Source of the DNA: an uncultured Candidatus Micrarchaeota archaeon
Lineage (GTDB): Archaea; Micrarchaeota; Micrarchaeia; Burarchaeales; Fermentimicrarchaeaceae
NCBI GenBank assembly: GCA_963760615.1
Contig: CAVXDX010000006.1
Location: 1 to 27,980, forward strand
Direction: 5' to 3'
DNA: 27,980 bases
Shown: piece after piece, positions 23,572 to 27,980 of the stretch
Layout of the letters: the number at the start of each line of letters is the position of its first letter
How positions within the stretch are numbered: the stretch's first letter is position 1
Notes under the pieces: model-generated
What the model was told of the DNA's origin: nothing
Seen by the model: only the letters and a program-made list of their open reading frames with translations
The model's database searches: none
Made by a program: the position numbers and the translations under genes

Positions 23572-25940
23572 GGAGGAGAAATCTAGTAATACTCATCGCG
23601 ATTCTCCTAACTGTTGGGCTAACCAGCCTGTTGCTTCTGCTGCTTTTCATCCTGTCCATAAATGTCCGCCCGCCTACTCCAGTTAACTCCAGCGTGGAGC
23701 TTAATGTTCTAGACTCCGGTGTAGTCGACTACGGAAGCTCCAGCAAGGTGGTATACCTGCTCACTCAGGTAAATGGAAAGGACATCACAAATGTAGATAT
23801 AAACGTCAGCCTCTATGACAGTGAGCTGCCACGCGACATATACCTACTTGACTACTCAAGCCCAGGCTTTTCAGGTTGCACAGAATGTGAGGGTCTGCCA
23901 GACTTCAGGAAATCGCTGGAAACAACATTCAAAACATACGGGTTGATAGATATCAACTCCACACTCAACCAGATAAAAATAAACCAGCTTGACAGGCTGA
24001 CTCACCGTTCGATACTCATAGTTCCAACTGGTAAAATACCCGCCCAGCTTGTCGGGCTTGAAAGCGGCCCTGACCTCAAAGATTTTATGAGCAGAGGTTT
24101 TGTTGTAATATTCCTGGGGCGTGATCTTGACGAGGCATTCTACAGGAATGGTTCAGTTGTGCGCATACCCAATGACAATCTTAGCTCCTACGGCATCTAC
24201 TATCAGTCCAGGCCTGACTTGTATACTTGCGAGGGATACAGACTCCAAAACCCCAACTTCGTCATTTCAAACCATATGGTGGCATGTTCCATGTCATACG
24301 TGAAGAATGGGGAGGGGTATTTCTTTGTTCTCCCCAGGAGCATTGACATAGGTTGGAGTGGCAATGGAAGCGCTGCTGGGGAGGATGTAGGGCGTCTAGT
24401 ATACAGCGTGGAATGGAAGGACCCATTAACCAAAGGCAACTTGAGGATACCCGCACAAAGAATCAACGAATCCAATTCCAACACTTCCATGATATTCCTG
24501 TCTCCGCACCCCTCTGATTCGGGGTGGGCGAGGATATACATCAACGCAACTACGCTCAACGGCACTTCCCTGCTCTCCGTTACGGATAGGAGAATAAACA
24601 ACCCAGTTCGGGGGAAGATGATCCATAAACCGCAGGCCGTGGGGAATGACAATATACTCATCGACTTCGAGTTCTCTGAAAACTACCCCACCTCCCGCGA
24701 TGTCAACATAAGCGTGGCTGTGTACCAAGATATGAAGTTTATTGAGAGGCAACCAGCCAGTACAATCAAAATTCAGAATGAATACACCTTCACAAGCACC
24801 TTTCTCGTTAACCTTTCAGTCGGCAACTACACGCTCAGGGCACTGGATGATTACGGCCACATATACGCCCAGTCTTTCCTCAGCATTCCGCCAATCTCCC
24901 TCGCAATGAAGCCTGACTGGATTGACGAGCCACAGATTTTCTATTTCACTTTATCCGTGCCAAAGGACCCACTCTCAGCTACAAGTGAATCTGAAGGTCT
25001 GCCATACAGGACAGCTTATGTAACAGCAAACAATACCCCCGGCGTGAACCTCTTCCCGCCTCTCTCCAACATATCAGATGCTGGGGGGAAGTTCTCCGTC
25101 TCGCCGAGCCAGCCACTTACTTTTGGTTTCTATACATTCAAAGTGAATATAAGCAGGCAGACGCTAAACATTTCCGCAACCTACAAAAAACCCGCCTCAT
25201 GGCTGGATAACCCGGTCAATATTGTCATAATCATTGCAACTGTCATAATTGCCATAGTTGCAGTCGCTCTGAGAAAACCTGAGAAACCGGTCTACACAAT
25301 AGACGTACCAGATTTCCCACCCCTCGAAAAAGTCGTAGTTCCCATTTCAAAATTCTCCATACTCAGCCTGTTCGACTCTGTGAACAAGGAGTACAAGTGG
25401 AGTTTCATGCCACTCAGCCCCCAGGAGCTGAAGAACGAGATGAGGAAGAAAATAACCTACAAAGGCGTGCCAATCCTCATAACTGACTACAACCTGGACA
25501 AGATACTGGAAGAGCTTATAAAGAGCGGCGATGTTGCAAAGGCGCTCAACTTCTATGGCCTAAAGACATGGGAGAATAAAAGCGGCAGAGATATGAGATA
25601 TCTCGCCCTGTTCCGGTTGCTGAGAAACTTCTTCATAAACAATGCAATACCGTTCACAGACTTGAACCAGAGAAAGGACTGCGACATGCTCGCAAGTGTC
25701 AAGGGCGAGGGGCTCTACACGCATATATACACTGATGAAACTACATTAAAGAAAGCGCTTGGGCTCACCGAAGTTGGAAAGAATTTCATCGTTTTTGAGA
25801 GCAGGAAGGAGCTGGAGGAGGTTCTGAAGAAGCTAGACCTTTCATACAGCCCGCTGGCAGTTATCCTCAAGTCTGAAATAGGCACTGGTGTCATCCAGCT
25901 AGTACATCCAGGCAATTTCAGTGAGATGCTGGGCAGATAG
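23568..25940 (+). CDS. Large two-TM membrane protein with a glycosylated external region and a ~220-aa cytoplasmic C-terminal region
   Basis: Likely start ATG 23568 (MRRRNLVILIAIL...). Dense N-x-S/T sequons up to the second TM (NIVIIIATVIIAIVAVAL), then a Lys/Glu-rich domain with almost no sequons. Confidence 0.85.
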   Translation: MRRRNLVILIAILLTVGLTSLLLLLLFILSINVRPPTPVNSSVELNVLDSGVVDYGSSSKVVYLLTQVNGKDITNVDINVSLYDSELPRDIYLLDYSSPGFSGCTECEGLPDFRKSLETTFKTYGLIDINSTLNQIKINQLDRLTHRSILIVPTGKIPAQLVGLESGPDLKDFMSRGFVVIFLGRDLDEAFYRNGSVVRIPNDNLSSYGIYYQSRPDLYTCEGYRLQNPNFVISNHMVACSMSYVKNGEGYFFVLPRSIDIGWSGNGSAAGEDVGRLVYSVEWKDPLTKGNLRIPAQRINESNSNTSMIFLSPHPSDSGWARIYINATTLNGTSLLSVTDRRINNPVRGKMIHKPQAVGNDNILIDFEFSENYPTSRDVNISVAVYQDMKFIERQPASTIKIQNEYTFTSTFLVNLSVGNYTLRALDDYGHIYAQSFLSIPPISLAMKPDWIDEPQIFYFTLSVPKDPLSATSESEGLPYRTAYVTANNTPGVNLFPPLSNISDAGGKFSVSPSQPLTFGFYTFKVNISRQTLNISATYKKPASWLDNPVNIVIIIATVIIAIVAVALRKPEKPVYTIDVPDFPPLEKVVVPISKFSILSLFDSVNKEYKWSFMPLSPQELKNEMRKKITYKGVPILITDYNLDKILEELIKSGDVAKALNFYGLKTWENKSGRDMRYLALFRLLRNFFINNAIPFTDLNQRKDCDMLASVKGEGLYTHIYTDETTLKKALGLTEVGKNFIVFESRKELEEVLKKLDLSYSPLAVILKSEIGTGVIQLVHPGNFSEMLGR

Positions 25941-25950
25941 ATTAAAATAA

Positions 25951-25961
25951 AGGTTTAAGTA
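25951..25961 (+). promoter_or_regulatory. Possible BRE/TATA for the last gene
   Basis: AGG-TTTAAGTA in the short AT-rich gap. The spacing favours ATG 26005 as the start. Confidence 0.4.
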
Positions 25962-25971
25962 AAGTGATACA

Positions 25972-27980
25972 ATGCTGCATCGAGCGCGCAAATATGCCAA
26001 AGAAATGCTGCTCGTATTGTTTATACTCTCTTCCTTCTCTACTCTGGCGTTCTCCTCCCAGCCCCAAGCTGCACTAAAAGGCTCCATTAACGGACAGCTC
26101 TATGTCCCAAACCTGCCCAATGTTGCAGATATCAAGATAGAGCTATGGTGCAACATGAGCGCCACAGACTGCCAGAGTCTCAATGGAACCCCATACTGCG
26201 GCTGCACACGCATGATATGCGACAACAACGGAGGGGCAAGCCCTTACCCAACAATAACCCCCTGGCCAAATGGCAAGATTGACCTGGCGGACACAATGTT
26301 TGAGAACCTGAAATATGGCACATCTGAAGGTGGTTCAAATTGGAATTATATGGCAGACTGCGTGCCAGACAGGAAAGTTAACCTGCTGGAGACTATGAGC
26401 ACAAACAGCAGATTTAATGCAGGTGGAGGTACCTACTCCTCAGATTTGGCAAACATAAAAGTCCTCTTCAACAACAACCCCAACTACTTCACACCGGATG
26501 CAAGTGGATACATACAGATTCCTGCAGGTGCACTGAACTTCACTGTATACAATGGTTCAGCTCCGGTCATGGCAATGGCAACATTCTGGAATATTAGCGT
26601 GCAACAGTCCGCAACAGCAGCACTCAAAGGCGGTCCTAATGGTTACCTGTACATTCCTAATAGTGCCTATCTCCCCAGTCTGAACCGTATCAAGATAGAA
26701 CTATGGTGCAACATGAGCGCCACAGACTGCCAAAATGGCATATGCGGATGCACCCGTATGTGGTGCGACCAGGCAGGAGGAGCAAGCCCCTACCCGGCAG
26801 TAAAATTCTGGCCTGAGGGGATCGTGGATGGGTCAGACCTCATCCTCCAATCCCGTCAGAACCCATCTTATGAGGGGGAGACCACTCCGAAAGTATGGGA
26901 ATACATGGCTGACTGCTCTCCAGACAGGATTGTTGACGGAAGTGATAATATAATAGCAGCCAGAAATTTCAATCAGGGTGGAGGAACCTACTCCTTAGAT
27001 ATCTCAAACATAAATGTGGTGTTCAACACAGCCGCTACCCACGTACCTGTTGACTCGCGGGGATACGTAAACATCCCACCAGGTGCAACCAGCTTTACAG
27101 TTTACAACGGCCCCAATACCGCAATGGCACTGGCAACATTCTGGAGTTTTAGCATGCAATCCTCACAGATGACCCAGTCAGCAAGCCCGCCTTCACCCCA
27201 GACTGTTGGGTCTGCAGTAACATTCACATGCAACTATACGGATTCGTCTTCTAGCAAGATAGCTGGGGCAACTGTTTATGTAAACATAAATGGGACAGCA
27301 TATCTGGCTACTGAGACGGCCACTGGGTATCAACTTACACACACATTCACCGCTATCGGAAACTACTCATGGTATTGCAACGGAACTGACCCCACTTGGA
27401 AATATGCACCTGCCATTGCGCCACCAGAAAACTATGAGATAAAAGTACAAGCCTCTCGCATGACCCAGTCAGCAAGCCCGCCTTCACCCCAGATTGTGGG
27501 ATATCCAGTAACATTCACATGCAACTATATGGATTCATCAAATAACAAGATACCGTTTGCAACTGTTTATGTAAACATAAATGGGACAGCATATCTGGCT
27601 ACTGAGACGGCCACTGGGTATCAACTTACACACACATTCACCGCTATCGGAAACTACTCATGGTATTGCAACGGAACTGACCCCAACTTGAAATATGCAC
27701 CCGCCAATGCGTCACCAGAAAACTATGAGATAAAAGTATTATACTGCAACATGCGCTGGGTCGCCTCCCCAGCCGCCCCAACAGATTTCAAAACAATCCC
27801 AACAAACCACTACGCGCATGTGGTTAACCAGTCAGTGGCAGTCGCTTTATTGGTCACAGATGCCTCGGGAGCCCGCATGCCGGGTATTAGCGTTAACATA
27901 ACAGCTTGGGGTTTGCCCGGCTCTCCAAGCGCGGTGGTGCTTTCAGATGCTAGTGGAGTTGCCAATGCATCATTTCTTCT
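25972..27980 (+). CDS. Large secreted repeat protein (adhesin/S-layer-like) with dockerin-like and Ig-like repeats; runs off window end
   Basis: Not in the ORF track because it has no stop in the window. Manual translation is open from ATG 25972 (or 26005) to the end. Signal peptide MLLVLFILSSFSTLAFS, two ~183-aa repeats, then two 97-aa-period repeats. Confidence 0.88.
   Translation, partial: MLHRARKYAKEMLLVLFILSSFSTLAFSSQPQAALKGSINGQLYVPNLPNVADIKIELWCNMSATDCQSLNGTPYCGCTRMICDNNGGASPYPTITPWPNGKIDLADTMFENLKYGTSEGGSNWNYMADCVPDRKVNLLETMSTNSRFNAGGGTYSSDLANIKVLFNNNPNYFTPDASGYIQIPAGALNFTVYNGSAPVMAMATFWNISVQQSATAALKGGPNGYLYIPNSAYLPSLNRIKIELWCNMSATDCQNGICGCTRMWCDQAGGASPYPAVKFWPEGIVDGSDLILQSRQNPSYEGETTPKVWEYMADCSPDRIVDGSDNIIAARNFNQGGGTYSLDISNINVVFNTAATHVPVDSRGYVNIPPGATSFTVYNGPNTAMALATFWSFSMQSSQMTQSASPPSPQTVGSAVTFTCNYTDSSSSKIAGATVYVNINGTAYLATETATGYQLTHTFTAIGNYSWYCNGTDPTWKYAPAIAPPENYEIKVQASRMTQSASPPSPQIVGYPVTFTCNYMDSSNNKIPFATVYVNINGTAYLATETATGYQLTHTFTAIGNYSWYCNGTDPNLKYAPANASPENYEIKVLYCNMRWVASPAAPTDFKTIPTNHYAHVVNQSVAVALLVTDASGARMPGISVNITAWGLPGSPSAVVLSDASGVANASFL
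26068..27156 (+). repeat. Tandem ~183-aa domain repeat (A1 26068-26616, A2 from 26617)
   Basis: Both copies have AALKG..NG.LY.PN, IKIELWCNMSATDCQ, CGCTRM.CD..GGASPYP, YMADC.PDR.V, GGGTYS.D..NI.V.FN, FTVYNG and ATFW. 43 of 44 nt are identical at 26131-26174 vs 26689-26732. Confidence 0.9.
27169..27738 (+). repeat. Direct repeat, 279 nt x2, period 291 nt (Ig-like domain)
   Basis: B1 27169-27447 and B2 27460-27738. A 127-nt perfect identity at 27268-27394 vs 27559-27685. Confidence 0.95.

Noticed and set aside
2570-25915. Numerous overlapping opposite-strand and alternate-frame ORFs in the track (e.g. 2581-3366, 7392-8354, 9186-9776, 15780-16394, 19525-20277)
   Set aside because: They lie wholly over better-supported genes, are Ser/Phe- or Arg/Pro-skewed as expected of shadow frames, and lack SD or motif support.
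11587-25940. Integrative conjugative element or provirus
   Set aside because: No integrase, relaxase, coupling protein, att repeats, capsid or terminase is recognisable in the window, and expression signals match the housekeeping genes. The right flank is not visible, so this is not fully excluded.
27169-27738. Diversity-generating retroelement template/variable repeat pair
   Set aside because: Both copies are in-frame domains of one ORF, the differences are not adenine-specific, and no reverse transcriptase is in the window.
1-27980. tRNA, rRNA or CRISPR arrays
   Set aside because: Intergenic gaps are short, and no cloverleaf, rRNA-like segment or regularly spaced repeat-spacer pattern was seen by eye.

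Overview
The window contains two unrelated pieces of DNA joined at about 2405-2408. Left (1-2407, minus strand) is an AT-richer Bacteroidota-type leucine operon (leuA 3' end, leuC, leuD, cimA 5' end) with many single-base frameshifts. Right (2408-27980) is archaeal, most consistent with a DPANN/Micrarchaeota-like genome (inferred from gene types and TATA/GGTG signals, not from a database search). It starts inside ileS, whose N-terminus including the HIGH motif is missing, so the join is most likely a chimeric read or misassembly. The archaeal part has ileS, a small Zn-finger gene missed by the ORF track, a TnpB remnant that keeps its right end, a stalked surface protein, aspS, a membrane protein and a GT-C glycosyltransferase. 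The main find is a roughly 14 kb co-oriented cluster (11587-25940) that looks like a chromosomal T4SS/Ced-like machine with no visible relaxase or coupling protein. It has two VirB2-like pilins that each end in Cys, six paralogous VirB6/CedA-like membrane proteins, two paralogs resembling a split-off VirB4 N-terminal half, a VirB4/HerA-type ATPase, a stand-alone copy of that ATPase's C-terminal domain, and winged-helix-bearing accessory proteins. It is followed by a large secreted repeat protein with dockerin-like motifs that runs off the window end. Family assignments come from motif recognition only and need profile or structure searches.
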